From positions 5,440,001-5,504,000 of the forward strand of contig OZ245002.1 in the NCBI GenBank assembly GCA_965223415.1: a stretch of 64,000 nt of DNA, written 5' to 3'. Below, piece by piece: positions 30,762 to 40,294 of the stretch; position 1 is the first letter of the stretch, and the number at the start of each line of letters is the position of its first letter. Below the pieces are notes generated by a model that worked only from the letters and a program-made list of their open reading frames with translations, did not search any database and had not been told where the DNA came from. This DNA comes from Myxococcota bacterium (GTDB lineage Bacteria; Myxococcota_A; UBA9160; UBA6930). The position numbers and the translations under genes were made by a program.

Positions 30762-31984
30762 GCGTTCCGGCCTGCCGTTCCTGCGGCACGCCCGCGCCGG
30801 CGCCCTTCCTCGACCTGGGCCGCCAGCCCCTGGCGAACCAGCTCCTGCGGGAGGCCGACCTGGATCGGGAGGAGCTTCGCGTGCCGCTCCGGGTCTTCGC
30901 CTGTCCCGACTGCTGGCTCGTACAGATCGCGGACGAGGTACCGCCCCACGAGCTGTTCAGCGACTATGTCTACTTCTCGTCGACCTCCGACGCGATGGTC
31001 GCGCACGCCCGGGCGGCGGTGCACGCCCATCGCGCTGCGCTGGGCCTGGACGGCGATTCCTTCGTGGTCGAGATCGCGAGCAACGACGGCTACCTGCTGC
31101 AGCACTGCGCCCGGCTCGGGATCCCCTGCCTGGGCATCGAGCCGGCGGCCAACGTGGCCGCTGCGGCGGAGGAGCGCGGGATCGAGACCCGGGTCGCGTT
31201 CTTCGGCGCGGCTCTCGCGGACGCCCTGCGTACCGAGCGCGGCCCGGCGGATCTCGTCCTCGGCAACAACGTCTTCGCCCACGCGCCGGACGCGAACGAC
31301 TTCGTCGCCGGGCTCGCCCGGCTCCTCGCACCGCAGGGCCGTGCGGTCCTCGAGTTCCCCTACGCCCTCGATCTGATCGAGCGCGTCGAGTTCGACACGA
31401 TCTACCACGAGCACGTCTTCTACTTCACGCTCACGCCCCTGCTGCCGCTCTTCGAGCGCCACGGTCTCGCGGTGGTGGACGTGGAGCGGCTGGCGATCCA
31501 CGGCGGGTCGCTGCGCCTGAGCGTCGCCCACGCGGGAGCGGAGGCCGCGCCGCGGGTCACCGCCCTGCTCGACGAGGAGCGAGCGCGCGGCGTGGCGACG
31601 CCGGCCCTCTACGAGCGCTTCGCTGCCGATACCCGGGAGCTGTGCGTCGCCCTGGTGAAGCTCCTCGACGAGCTCGCGGCCGAGGGCCACCGACTCGCCG
31701 CCTACGGTGCCTCCGCCAAGGGGAGCACCCTGCTGAACGCCTGCGGCATCGGCCGCGAGCGGCTCGCCTTCGTGGCCGACCGGAGCCCCCACAAGCAGGG
31801 CCTCTTCACGCCGGGCACCCACCTGCCGATCCGACCGCCCGAGGCGCTCCTCGAGGAGGGCATCGACCGGGCCCTGCTCCTCACCTGGAACTTCGCGGAC
31901 GAGATCCGCGGGCAGCAGCAGGCCTGGGAGGGGGCCGGCGGCCGCTTCGTACTCCCCCTGCCGCAACCGCGGGTATGGACGTGA
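30758..31984 (+). CDS. NDP-sugar C-methyltransferase (Zn-ribbon plus SAM domain)
   Basis: CRSC...CPDC, EIASNDGYLL, FDTIYHEH, YGASAKG and LTWNFADEI motifs. Confidence 0.9.
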   Translation: MSVPACRSCGTPAPAPFLDLGRQPLANQLLREADLDREELRVPLRVFACPDCWLVQIADEVPPHELFSDYVYFSSTSDAMVAHARAAVHAHRAALGLDGDSFVVEIASNDGYLLQHCARLGIPCLGIEPAANVAAAAEERGIETRVAFFGAALADALRTERGPADLVLGNNVFAHAPDANDFVAGLARLLAPQGRAVLEFPYALDLIERVEFDTIYHEHVFYFTLTPLLPLFERHGLAVVDVERLAIHGGSLRLSVAHAGAEAAPRVTALLDEERARGVATPALYERFAADTRELCVALVKLLDELAAEGHRLAAYGASAKGSTLLNACGIGRERLAFVADRSPHKQGLFTPGTHLPIRPPEALLEEGIDRALLLTWNFADEIRGQQQAWEGAGGRFVLPLPQPRVWT

Positions 31985-32520
31985 TCTTCCGCGAGACCGG
32001 GCTGCCCGGCGTCTTCGCGATCGAGCTCGAGCGCCACGGCGACGACCGCGGCTGGCTGGCCCGCACCTTCTGCGAGGAGGAGTTCGCGGCCGCCGGCCTG
32101 CCCACCCGCTTCCCCCAGTCGACGGTCACGCGGACGCGCCAGAAGGGGATGCTGCGCGGGCTGCACTACCAGGCCGCGCCGAACCCGGAGGGCAAGCTCA
32201 TCCGTTGCGGGCGCGGGCGCGTGTTCGACGTCGTGGTCGATCTCCGCGAAGACCTGCCCAGCTTCTGCCGCTGGCTCTCCTTCGAGCTCGACGGCGAAGG
32301 CACGACCACCCTCTTCCTGCCGGCGGGCACGGCCCACGGCTTCCAGGCGCTCTCGGACGACGTGGAGATGGCCTACCAGATGACGACGGCCTACGTGCCC
32401 GGGGCCGAGCGAGGCGTCCGGTGGGACGACCCAACCCTCGCGATCCCGTGGCCGCTGGCCGATCCGATCCTGTCGGACCGCGACCGCGCCCTCCCCTCCC
32501 TCGCCGACCGCCTGCCGTGA
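31975..32520 (+). CDS. rfbC: NDP-4-keto-6-deoxyhexose 3,5-epimerase (RmlC family)
   Basis: DDRG, LRGLHYQ, DVVVDLR, AHGFQ and WDDP...LSDRD motifs. Confidence 0.92.
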   Translation: MDVIFRETGLPGVFAIELERHGDDRGWLARTFCEEEFAAAGLPTRFPQSTVTRTRQKGMLRGLHYQAAPNPEGKLIRCGRGRVFDVVVDLREDLPSFCRWLSFELDGEGTTTLFLPAGTAHGFQALSDDVEMAYQMTTAYVPGAERGVRWDDPTLAIPWPLADPILSDRDRALPSLADRLP

Positions 32521-33377
32521 GAGTCCTCGTCACCGGCGCGAGCGGCTTCCTGGGCGGCGCGATCGCCCGGGAGCTCGACGCCGCGGGCCACGAGCTGGGC
32601 CTGCTGCGGCACCGCTCGGACCCGCCCCCGCTGCAGGGCGCCGTCGCGATCGCCGGCAGCCTGGCGGAGGTCGACGACGGGGCGTTGCGCGCCTTCGCTC
32701 CCGAGGCCTGCGTGCACGCGGCCTGGATGGCGACGCCCGGTGCCTACCTCCAGTCTCCCGAGAACGCTTCCCTGGTGGAGGCGTCGCTCGTATTGGCCGA
32801 GCGGCTCACTTTTCTGGGAGCCCGCCACCTCGTCGTGCTCGGAAGCTGCGCCGAGAACGCCCCGGACGACGGTCCGGATTCCCTCGGCGGCTCCGCCTAC
32901 GCCCGGGCCAAACGTTCGCTGGCCGAGCAGCTCCTGGCGGAAGGGGCCCGCGTCCCTCCCACCAGCTGGCTTCGGGTCTTCCACCCCTACGGCCCGGGCG
33001 AAGCGGCGGAGCGGCTCCCGAGCGCCTGCGCCCGCGCCCTGGCGTCCGGCGAGACCTTCCACGTCAGGCACCCGGACGTTCAGCGCGACTTCGTCTTCGT
33101 GACTGACGTGGCGGCGGCGGTGCGCTGCGTGCTTGCGAGCGAGCCCATCGGCGCCGCCGACCTCGGAACCGGCCAGCCGGTCACGGTCGGCGAGCTCGTG
33201 GATCGTGTGGCCGCGCTGGTGGGCGCCGACCCGGCGCTCGTCGTGCGGGGTACCGGAGCGTCCGCCGAGCCGCCCCTCGTCGCGGATCCCCGCGCCCTCG
33301 CCGCCCTGGGCTGGGCGCCGAAGCACGACCTCGCGAGCGGCCTCGCCCAGCTGCTCGCGGCCCTGGGCCTGCGCTGA
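32517..33377 (+). CDS. NAD(P)-dependent epimerase/4-ketoreductase (extended SDR)
   Basis: VTGASGFLG, HAAW, YARAK and RDFVFVTD motifs. Confidence 0.85.
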   Translation: MRVLVTGASGFLGGAIARELDAAGHELGLLRHRSDPPPLQGAVAIAGSLAEVDDGALRAFAPEACVHAAWMATPGAYLQSPENASLVEASLVLAERLTFLGARHLVVLGSCAENAPDDGPDSLGGSAYARAKRSLAEQLLAEGARVPPTSWLRVFHPYGPGEAAERLPSACARALASGETFHVRHPDVQRDFVFVTDVAAAVRCVLASEPIGAADLGTGQPVTVGELVDRVAALVGADPALVVRGTGASAEPPLVADPRALAALGWAPKHDLASGLAQLLAALGLR

Positions 33378-33378
33378 C

Positions 33379-34263
33379 ATGGCCGCGCCCCGGGTCACGA
33401 TCGGCGTCCCCACCCGCAACCGGGCGAAGAGCCTCGACCACACCCTGAGCTGCCTGGCCGGGCAGGGCTTCCGCGACCTGGAGCTGCGGATCTCGGACAA
33501 CGCCTCTTCCGACGAGACCCCCGAGGTGATCCGCCGCTGGACCGCCGCCGACCCGCGCATCCGTGCCACCCGCCACGCCGCCGACGTGGGCCCGGTCGAG
33601 AACTTCGACGGCCTGCGCCGCGACGTCGAGAGCGAGTACTTCATGTGGCTCGCCGACGACGACGAGGTGGACCCGGACTACGTGGAGACCTGCGTCGCCT
33701 TCCTGGACGCCCACCCCGACCACGTCCTGGCCTCGGGGCAGGCGACCCTCGACAACGTGGAGGGCAGCGGGAAGGGAACCGTGGTGCCGGGCGTGCCCGT
33801 GAACCTGCAGGACGCCCGTCCCGCGGAACGCGTGCTCCGCTACTACGAAGAGGTGATGGACAACAGCAGCTTCTACGGCGTCATCCGACGAGCGGCCCTG
33901 GACCGCATCCCGTTCCGCAACACCCTCGGAGCGGACTGGCTGATCGTCGCCGCCCTGGCGGCCCAGGGCCGCGTCCGCACCCTGGAGACGACGGGCCTGC
34001 GGCGGCCCCACCGCTGGGGGCCGGACAGCTTCTCGCGCATCCTGGCCGCCCAGCAGCTCCCGGCGGGCTGGGCGCGCCTACCCGGCTGGATCATCGCGCG
34101 GGACGCGTTTCGCGACGTACTGAGCTCCCCGGCCTACGCTCTGATGAGCCGCCCGGAACGGCTCCGCCTGGGCGCGCGCTGCACGCGCGCCGTGTGCCGT
34201 CACTTCCGCATCGGCGCCCGGGACGTGTTGGGCTTCTACGCCTCCGGCCGATCTACTCGATGA
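33379..34263 (+). CDS. Glycosyltransferase family 2
   Basis: IGVPTRN, ISDNASSD and YFMWLADDD motifs. Confidence 0.9.
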   Translation: MAAPRVTIGVPTRNRAKSLDHTLSCLAGQGFRDLELRISDNASSDETPEVIRRWTAADPRIRATRHAADVGPVENFDGLRRDVESEYFMWLADDDEVDPDYVETCVAFLDAHPDHVLASGQATLDNVEGSGKGTVVPGVPVNLQDARPAERVLRYYEEVMDNSSFYGVIRRAALDRIPFRNTLGADWLIVAALAAQGRVRTLETTGLRRPHRWGPDSFSRILAAQQLPAGWARLPGWIIARDAFRDVLSSPAYALMSRPERLRLGARCTRAVCRHFRIGARDVLGFYASGRSTR

Positions 34264-35020
34264 CGCAGTAGGACACGTAGGGATCAAACGGGAAGCGTCG
34301 GATGCGGACCTGACCCAGGCCCAGCACCTCCTGCACCGCGGTCGTCTCTCCCGGGAAGATCTCGACGTTCAGCTCGTCGAAGGCGATGATGCCGCCCTTC
34401 GGCATGCGGGGGACGAAGGCCTCGAGGGCCGCCTTGGTCGGCTCGTACAAGTCGACGTCCAGGTGCAGGAGCGAGATGCGAAGGCCCGGGAAGTCCTCGG
34501 CGAACTTCGGCGCCGTCTCCGTGATGTCGCCCTCGATCACCACCGCCCGCTTCGCCCGGGGAAGGAAGCTGTCCCGGTGGAACAGGTCCACGTGGGTCAT
34601 CAGCTCGTCCCGGAAGGGCCCGGCGTCCCAGCCGCCTTCGCGCTTCTGCCACTTCTCGTCCGGCGGGCCGTCCTCGTCGGCGAGTCCGGTGAAGCCGGCG
34701 AAGCTGTCGAAGCCGAAGACGCGCCGCGTGCGGTCGCCGGGATGGAAGATCTCCAGGAACTTGGCCCAGGAGAAGAAGCTCACGCCTCGGTAGATCCCGA
34801 CCTGGACGACGTTCCCCGGGAGGTGGGCGACGCGCCGGTAGAGCTCGTAGTGCGCCAGGAAGCGCGTCATGGTGACGCGGCGTACGTAGACCGGGAACGA
34901 CTCCAGGATGTCGGAGAGGCGGTGGCCGGCCTTCTGGGTGACCGCGTCCAGCTCCTGCCGGATCTGCTCGTCGTGGTTGGTCGAGGCGCCGTGCCGCTGC
35001 CCCGCCTTCTCAGCCGCCAT
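34253..35020 (-). CDS. TylF/MycF-family sugar O-methyltransferase
   Basis: GFDSFAGF, ISLLHLDVDLYEPT and FDEL...FPGET motifs. Confidence 0.85.
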   Translation of the reverse strand: MAAEKAGQRHGASTNHDEQIRQELDAVTQKAGHRLSDILESFPVYVRRVTMTRFLAHYELYRRVAHLPGNVVQVGIYRGVSFFSWAKFLEIFHPGDRTRRVFGFDSFAGFTGLADEDGPPDEKWQKREGGWDAGPFRDELMTHVDLFHRDSFLPRAKRAVVIEGDITETAPKFAEDFPGLRISLLHLDVDLYEPTKAALEAFVPRMPKGGIIAFDELNVEIFPGETTAVQEVLGLGQVRIRRFPFDPYVSYCVIE

Positions 35021-35191
35021 GGGACCTCCGCGCGGGCGATCCCCTCCTGCCCGCTCGCGCCCTACTGATCTCCGAGAATCCTGCCAGATCGCCAAGCCTG
35101 CGCCGTCCCTCGGGAATCAGCCGTTGGCGGCACTGAACGAATCTCGCTACCCAGGACGCCCTGTCCCGGAGACCCACGAAACGGAGCCGTC

Positions 35192-36373
35192 GTGAGCGCG
35201 CCCCATTGCCCCGTCTGCGAAGGCTCGGAGAGCTTCCCGTTCCTGCGCCGGGAGCAGGTGGTCGCCAACCAGAACCGGCTCTTCGCCGACGCGGACGCGG
35301 CCCGGAACGCGCCGCGCGGCGATCTCGATCTCCGGCTCTGCACTGCCTGCGGCATGGGCTGGAACGCGGCCTTCGACCCGTCCCTCCCGCTCTACGGCGA
35401 GGACTACGAGAACGACCAGACGAGCTCGGCGGCCTTCCGTGAGCACCTGGGCGCGGTGCTCGACCGGATCCTCGCCAACGCGCCGGCAGCGGGCACCGTG
35501 GTCGAGGTCGGCTGCGGACAGGGAGTCTTCCTTCGCAAACTCCTGGCGGATCCCCGCATGGCGGGCTGGCGCGGCGAAGGCTTCGACCCCTCCTACCGCG
35601 GCGATGGCGAAGCAGACGCGGCCGAGCGCCTTCGCCTGCACCCGCGGCGCTACGACGCCGAGGCGGCCGCGCTGGCCGCCGACCTGGTGGTCTGTCGTCA
35701 CGTGATCGAGCACCTGCCGCGGCCGATGGCGCTTCTGAGCGACGCGGCCCGCGCGCTCCGCGGCTCCCCCGACGCGTCGGTCTGGTTCGAGACGCCCTGC
35801 CTCGAGTGGATCCTGCGCCACGGGGTGGCGTGGGATCTCTTCGTCGAGCATTGCGTGCTCTTCTCGGCCTCGTCCCTGGCGTTCGCCCTCTCGCGAGCGG
35901 GCTTCGCGGTCGGCGGCGTGGACACGATGTTCGGCGAGCAGTACCTGCTGGCCCACGCGACGCCCGGCCGCGCTGGCGTCGGCGCGCCGCCGAGCCGCGG
36001 CGCCACCCTCCCCCTGGCGCGTCGCTTCGCCGAGCTCGAGCCCAAACGGGTGGAGGGCTGGCGGGGCCTCGCCGCCCGGCAGCCGGGGCGCGGCACCAGC
36101 GTGCTCTGGAGCGCAGGCGCCAAGGGCGTGACCTTCGCGAACCTCGCGGATCCCGACGCGGAAGGTCTCGCCGCGGTGGTCGACAAGAACCCCGCCAAGC
36201 AGGACCTCTTCGTGCCGGGCACCGCCCATCGGGTGATCGCGCCGGCAGATCTTCGGGCCCTGGAGCCCTCGCGCGTGATCGTGCTGAATCCGAACTACAC
36301 CGCGGAGATTCGCGACGAGCTCCGGGAGCTGGGCGTGGATGCCGAGGTGATCGACCTGGGAGCCATCTCGTGA
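35192..36373 (+). CDS. SAM-dependent methyltransferase with C-methyltransferase-like C-terminus
   Basis: CPVC...CTAC, EVGCGQG, RHVIEH, WSAGAKG and VDKNPAKQ motifs. Confidence 0.82.
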   Translation: MSAPHCPVCEGSESFPFLRREQVVANQNRLFADADAARNAPRGDLDLRLCTACGMGWNAAFDPSLPLYGEDYENDQTSSAAFREHLGAVLDRILANAPAAGTVVEVGCGQGVFLRKLLADPRMAGWRGEGFDPSYRGDGEADAAERLRLHPRRYDAEAAALAADLVVCRHVIEHLPRPMALLSDAARALRGSPDASVWFETPCLEWILRHGVAWDLFVEHCVLFSASSLAFALSRAGFAVGGVDTMFGEQYLLAHATPGRAGVGAPPSRGATLPLARRFAELEPKRVEGWRGLAARQPGRGTSVLWSAGAKGVTFANLADPDAEGLAAVVDKNPAKQDLFVPGTAHRVIAPADLRALEPSRVIVLNPNYTAEIRDELRELGVDAEVIDLGAIS

Positions 36374-37140
36374 AGATCCTCGTGGACACCGATCGGGCGC
36401 TGCTGCGGGTCGAAGACGCGGAAGGCCAGCGCGAGATGGCGTTGCACTCGCCGGAGGCCTTCGAGGTGCTCTCCCGCGAGTGGCTGCGCGTGGGCTGGGG
36501 CCAGCGCTACAGCTACCGCTTCAGCTGGCTGGGTCGCCCGTTGATCCAGCTGCCCCAGGACCTGATGCGCATGCAGGAGCTAATCGTCGCCCAGCGTCCC
36601 GATCTCCTGATCGAGACCGGTGTCGCCCACGGCGGCTCGCTCGTCTTCCACGCCAGCCTGTTCGAGCTGCTGGGCCACGGCCGGGTGGTGGGCGTGGACG
36701 TCGAGATCCGCCCCCACAACCGCGAGGCGATCGAGACCCATCCGCTCGCCGGCCGCATCTCGCTGATCGAGGGGGACGCGATCGCCGAGGAGATCGTGGC
36801 GCGCGTCCGCGATCACGTGCGGCCGGACGAGCGCGTGATGGTGATCCTCGACTCGAATCACACCAAGGCCCACGTGGCCGGCGAGCTCGCGGCCTACTCC
36901 GACTTCGTCAGTCCCGGCCAGTACCTCGTGGTGGAGGACGGCTCGATGCGCGACCTGCACGACGTGCCGGGCGGGGACCCGTCCTGGATCCACGACAACC
37001 CGCTCGAGGCCGCTCGCGAGTTCCTCACCGCCCGTCCGGACTTCGAGCTGGCGCCGCCCCCGCCGCCCTTCCTCGAGAGCGAGATCCCCGAGGACCCGAA
37101 CACCTACTGGCCGGAGGCGTGGCTTCGCCGCAAGGGCTGA
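36370..37140 (+). CDS. CmcI/cephalosporin-hydroxylase family (rhamnosyl O-methyltransferase-like)
   Basis: WLGRPLIQLPQD, IETGVAHGGS and LDSNHTKAHV motifs. Confidence 0.88.
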   Translation: MKILVDTDRALLRVEDAEGQREMALHSPEAFEVLSREWLRVGWGQRYSYRFSWLGRPLIQLPQDLMRMQELIVAQRPDLLIETGVAHGGSLVFHASLFELLGHGRVVGVDVEIRPHNREAIETHPLAGRISLIEGDAIAEEIVARVRDHVRPDERVMVILDSNHTKAHVAGELAAYSDFVSPGQYLVVEDGSMRDLHDVPGGDPSWIHDNPLEAAREFLTARPDFELAPPPPPFLESEIPEDPNTYWPEAWLRRKG

Positions 37141-37151
37141 GCCGGGCTGCC

Positions 37152-37922
37152 GTGACCCGCCCCTTCCTCCTCCTCGCCACCCAACGCACCGGCTCCACCG
37201 TCGTCTGGCAGACCCTCGACGCCCACCCGCGGCTGCGCGTGCGGGGCGAGATGTTCATGAAGGGCATGGAACACCCGGAGTCGTACCCGGCTTCGCTGGC
37301 CCGCTGGGACCGCAGGCTGAGGGCGCGCCTGGCCCCGGGCGCGAGCGTGCAGCGCTACCTGAACGGCTTCTTCGCCGAGCGCGCCGGCATCGACGCCGCC
37401 GGCTTCAAGCTCATGTACAGCCAGGCGCGACCCGAGATCTGGGACTGGCTGGAGGCCCGGCGCGGCGACGTGCTCCACCTGGTGCGCGCCAACCCGCTCA
37501 AGATCCTGATCTCGAAGGCGGCGGCCGAGGCCAGTGGGCGGCGGCACCTGCCGCCCGGCGAGCGTCACGCGCCGCGTCCGGTCGCGTTGCCCACCGAAGG
37601 CCTGCTGGAGAGCCTCGACCGCATCCGCGCCCAGGTCGACACCCATCGCGCCCGGCTCGAAGGCCTGCGCCATCTCGAGATCACCTACGAAGAGCTGCTG
37701 GCGGCGCCCCAGGCGCTCTTCGACCGCTGCTTCTCGTTCCTCGGCGTCGAGCCCCGGCCGGTGGAGCTGGCGCTGCGCAAGCTCATGCCGGATGCGGTCC
37801 GCGATGCGCTGACGAACTACGAGGAGGTGGCGGCGATCCTCGCGGGCACGCCCCACGCCGCCCTCCTGGATCAGTCCGCCGACGGCTCCGCGCCCGCGGA
37901 TCAGTCGCCCGACGGCTCCTGA
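37152..37922 (+). CDS. Stf0-like sulfotransferase
   Basis: ATQRTGST, HP...GE, GFKLMY, HLVR, ITYEEL and LTNYEEV motifs. Confidence 0.85.
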   Translation: MTRPFLLLATQRTGSTVVWQTLDAHPRLRVRGEMFMKGMEHPESYPASLARWDRRLRARLAPGASVQRYLNGFFAERAGIDAAGFKLMYSQARPEIWDWLEARRGDVLHLVRANPLKILISKAAAEASGRRHLPPGERHAPRPVALPTEGLLESLDRIRAQVDTHRARLEGLRHLEITYEELLAAPQALFDRCFSFLGVEPRPVELALRKLMPDAVRDALTNYEEVAAILAGTPHAALLDQSADGSAPADQSPDGS

Positions 37923-38353
37923 TAGGGAATCACCTGGCCCGTCAGATCCGGCGGCCCCTGGTACAGCGGCTCGAACTGGCGGCGGGTGAAGAGCCAGCGC
38001 CCGTTCTGCTTGCGCAGCTCGTCGTGGTAGACGGCCAGGGTGAGCAGGCGGTCGCCCTTCGAGGTGTGGCCCATTTCGCTCAGGTAGAAGCGGCCGCGGG
38101 CGGTGTCGCCGTCGATCTCCACCGTGCCGGAGTAGATGAGCTGGATGACGAAGGAGAAGAAGCCCATGGCGCCGCGCCACATGTTCACGATGGCGTCGCG
38201 GCCCTCGATCGTGTTGCCCAGCATCTTCCAGACGCCGTCCTCGGCCCAGGTGGCGGCCCAGTCCGCCTCGGCGTGGCGGTTCACGGCGTCCGCGTAGCGG
38301 GCCACCAGGTTGCGGATCTCGAGCTCGTCCCGGAGGTTGTCGTCGCTGCTCAT
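37901..38353 (-). CDS. SnoaL/NTF2-like family protein
   Basis: EIRNLVARYADAV, GRDAI and YHDELRKQNGRWLF motifs. Confidence 0.85.
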   Translation of the reverse strand: MSSDDNLRDELEIRNLVARYADAVNRHAEADWAATWAEDGVWKMLGNTIEGRDAIVNMWRGAMGFFSFVIQLIYSGTVEIDGDTARGRFYLSEMGHTSKGDRLLTLAVYHDELRKQNGRWLFTRRQFEPLYQGPPDLTGQVIPYQEPSGD

Positions 38354-38392
38354 CCGGCGCAGTATGGCGCATTCCCGTAGCAGGAGAACCGC

Positions 38393-39364
38393 GTGGCCCG
38401 TCCCTTCCGATTCGCCGTCCAGTCTTTCAGCGCGCCGAGCGCCGCCGCCTGGCGCGATCGCGCCCGCCAGGTCGAGAGCCTGGGCTACGCGACCCTCCAC
38501 CTGGCCGACCACATCCTCGGGCCGGGCCCGGCGATCGCCTCGACGAACCACCCGATCCAGGAGCTGGCCGCGGTGCCCGCCATCGCCGCCGCGGCGGCCG
38601 CCACCGAGGCCCTGCGGGTCGGCTGCCGGGTCTTCTGCATCGACTACCGCCACCCGGTCATGCTCGTGAAGGAAGCCGCCACCCTCGACGTGCTCTCGGA
38701 CGGCCGCCTCGAGCTGGGGCTCGGCGCCGGCTGGCTGCAGGCGGAGTACGAGGCGATCGGCCTCCCCATGGACCCGATCGGCACGCGCATCGACCGGCTC
38801 GAAGAGACCCTGGGCCTGCTCAAGACCCTGACGGCTCCCGGCGAAGCGAAGGTGGAGGGACGCCACGTCCACGCGGCGGGCTTCGAGGGGGCTCCCCAGC
38901 CGGTGCAGAAGCCGCACCCGCCGGTCCTGATCGGCGGCGGCAGCAAGCGGGTCCTCTCGCTGGCCGGGCGCGAGGCGGACATCGTGAGCTTCAACTTCAA
39001 CAACCGCTCCGGCGTGCTGGGCCCCGACGGCATGGCGAGCGGCACCGCCGAGGAGACCGCCAAGAAGGTCGCCTGGGTGCGGGAGGCCGCCGGCGAGCGC
39101 TTCGATTCCCTCGAGCTCGAGATTGGCGCCTACATGACCTTCGTCACGGACGACGCGAACGGCATGGCCACGGCCATGGGCGGCGCCATGGGCCTCGAGC
39201 CCGAGGCGATGCTGGCCCATCCCCACGCGCTCATCGGCTCCGTCGACGGCATCTGCGAGGAGCTGGAGCGCCGCCGGGAGACCTTCGGCATCTCCTACGT
39301 CACGGTTCCCGACAACGTGATCGACGCGTTCGCGCCGGTCGTCGCGAAGCTCGCCGGACGTTAG
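38393..39364 (+). CDS. LLM-class (probable F420-dependent) oxidoreductase
   Basis: RPFRFAVQ, LADH, ATLDVLSDGRLELGLGAGW and IGGGSKR motifs. Confidence 0.88.
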   Translation: MARPFRFAVQSFSAPSAAAWRDRARQVESLGYATLHLADHILGPGPAIASTNHPIQELAAVPAIAAAAAATEALRVGCRVFCIDYRHPVMLVKEAATLDVLSDGRLELGLGAGWLQAEYEAIGLPMDPIGTRIDRLEETLGLLKTLTAPGEAKVEGRHVHAAGFEGAPQPVQKPHPPVLIGGGSKRVLSLAGREADIVSFNFNNRSGVLGPDGMASGTAEETAKKVAWVREAAGERFDSLELEIGAYMTFVTDDANGMATAMGGAMGLEPEAMLAHPHALIGSVDGICEELERRRETFGISYVTVPDNVIDAFAPVVAKLAGR

Positions 39365-39367
39365 GCG

Positions 39368-40294
39368 CTACTCGAAGCGGGGGCCGATCCAGCCGTCGGC
39401 CAGGAGCCGCTCCCGCTGGTCGGCGTCGTGGGAGGCCACCAGCCTCACCGACCCGCTCCGGTCGAGCTCGTGCAGGGTGCGGAACTGGGCCATGGTCGCA
39501 GCGCGGTCCTCGCCGAGCAGGAAGTCCGTCACCAGGCGGGGCCGGTAGACGAGCTCGCGGATCTGGCGCATGTGCCAGGCGGTATCGCCGACGAAGAGGA
39601 GCTCGCGACCGTCGCGGAGGGCCACGTAGACCATCTGGTTCCCCGGCGTGTGGCCGGCGGCCTCGATGGCCACGACGCCCGGTGCCACCGGCGCGTAGCG
39701 GTCGGCGGGGAGCGGCGTGCCACCGGTGCGCAGGGCCTCCGGCATGTCGACCAGGTCGAGGGCGGAGGTGTTGGCGAGCTGCGCGGCATTGAAGCGGACA
39801 CGACCGGCCAGCGCGGCGGCGTCGCCCCGGGCCGCGCCGTCGATGTGGTCCTCGTGCTCGTGGGTGAAGACGATCGCCTCGGCGCCCCCGAACCCGGCCT
39901 GCATGCGGTCGTAGGCGTCGGGGTGGAAGGCGGCCTCGCCGCCCGCGGACGCGGCCATCTCCCGGGCCGTGGTCTCGGCCATGGCCGCGTCGATCACCAC
40001 GCGGCGGTCCTCCCAGACGACCTGGAAGGAGCGGTGGACCAACGGGTGGGGCTCGAAGCTCTCGCCGGCGAACAGCGCCGCCCGGGACATCGAGGTCTCG
40101 GCCACCAGCTCCTCGTTCACGCGCAACGGCCTGGCCCCGGGCAGCGAGGCCGCCACGCGTCGCACCTCCACCAGGTCCAGCTCGTAGCTCGACTCCTCGG
40201 GGATCGGCTCCGGGCCGAGCAGCCAGGAGCGCCCGAGCCATCCGAGGCCGACCAGCACGGCTCCCACGATCGCGAGGATGCGCAGCGCCTTCAC
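39368..40294 (-). CDS. Metallo-beta-lactamase-fold hydrolase with N-terminal anchor
   Basis: THEHEDH, GHTPG, FVGD and SHD motifs; hydrophobic N-terminus. Confidence 0.85.
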   Translation of the reverse strand: MKALRILAIVGAVLVGLGWLGRSWLLGPEPIPEESSYELDLVEVRRVAASLPGARPLRVNEELVAETSMSRAALFAGESFEPHPLVHRSFQVVWEDRRVVIDAAMAETTAREMAASAGGEAAFHPDAYDRMQAGFGGAEAIVFTHEHEDHIDGAARGDAAALAGRVRFNAAQLANTSALDLVDMPEALRTGGTPLPADRYAPVAPGVVAIEAAGHTPGNQMVYVALRDGRELLFVGDTAWHMRQIRELVYRPRLVTDFLLGEDRAATMAQFRTLHELDRSGSVRLVASHDADQRERLLADGWIGPRFE

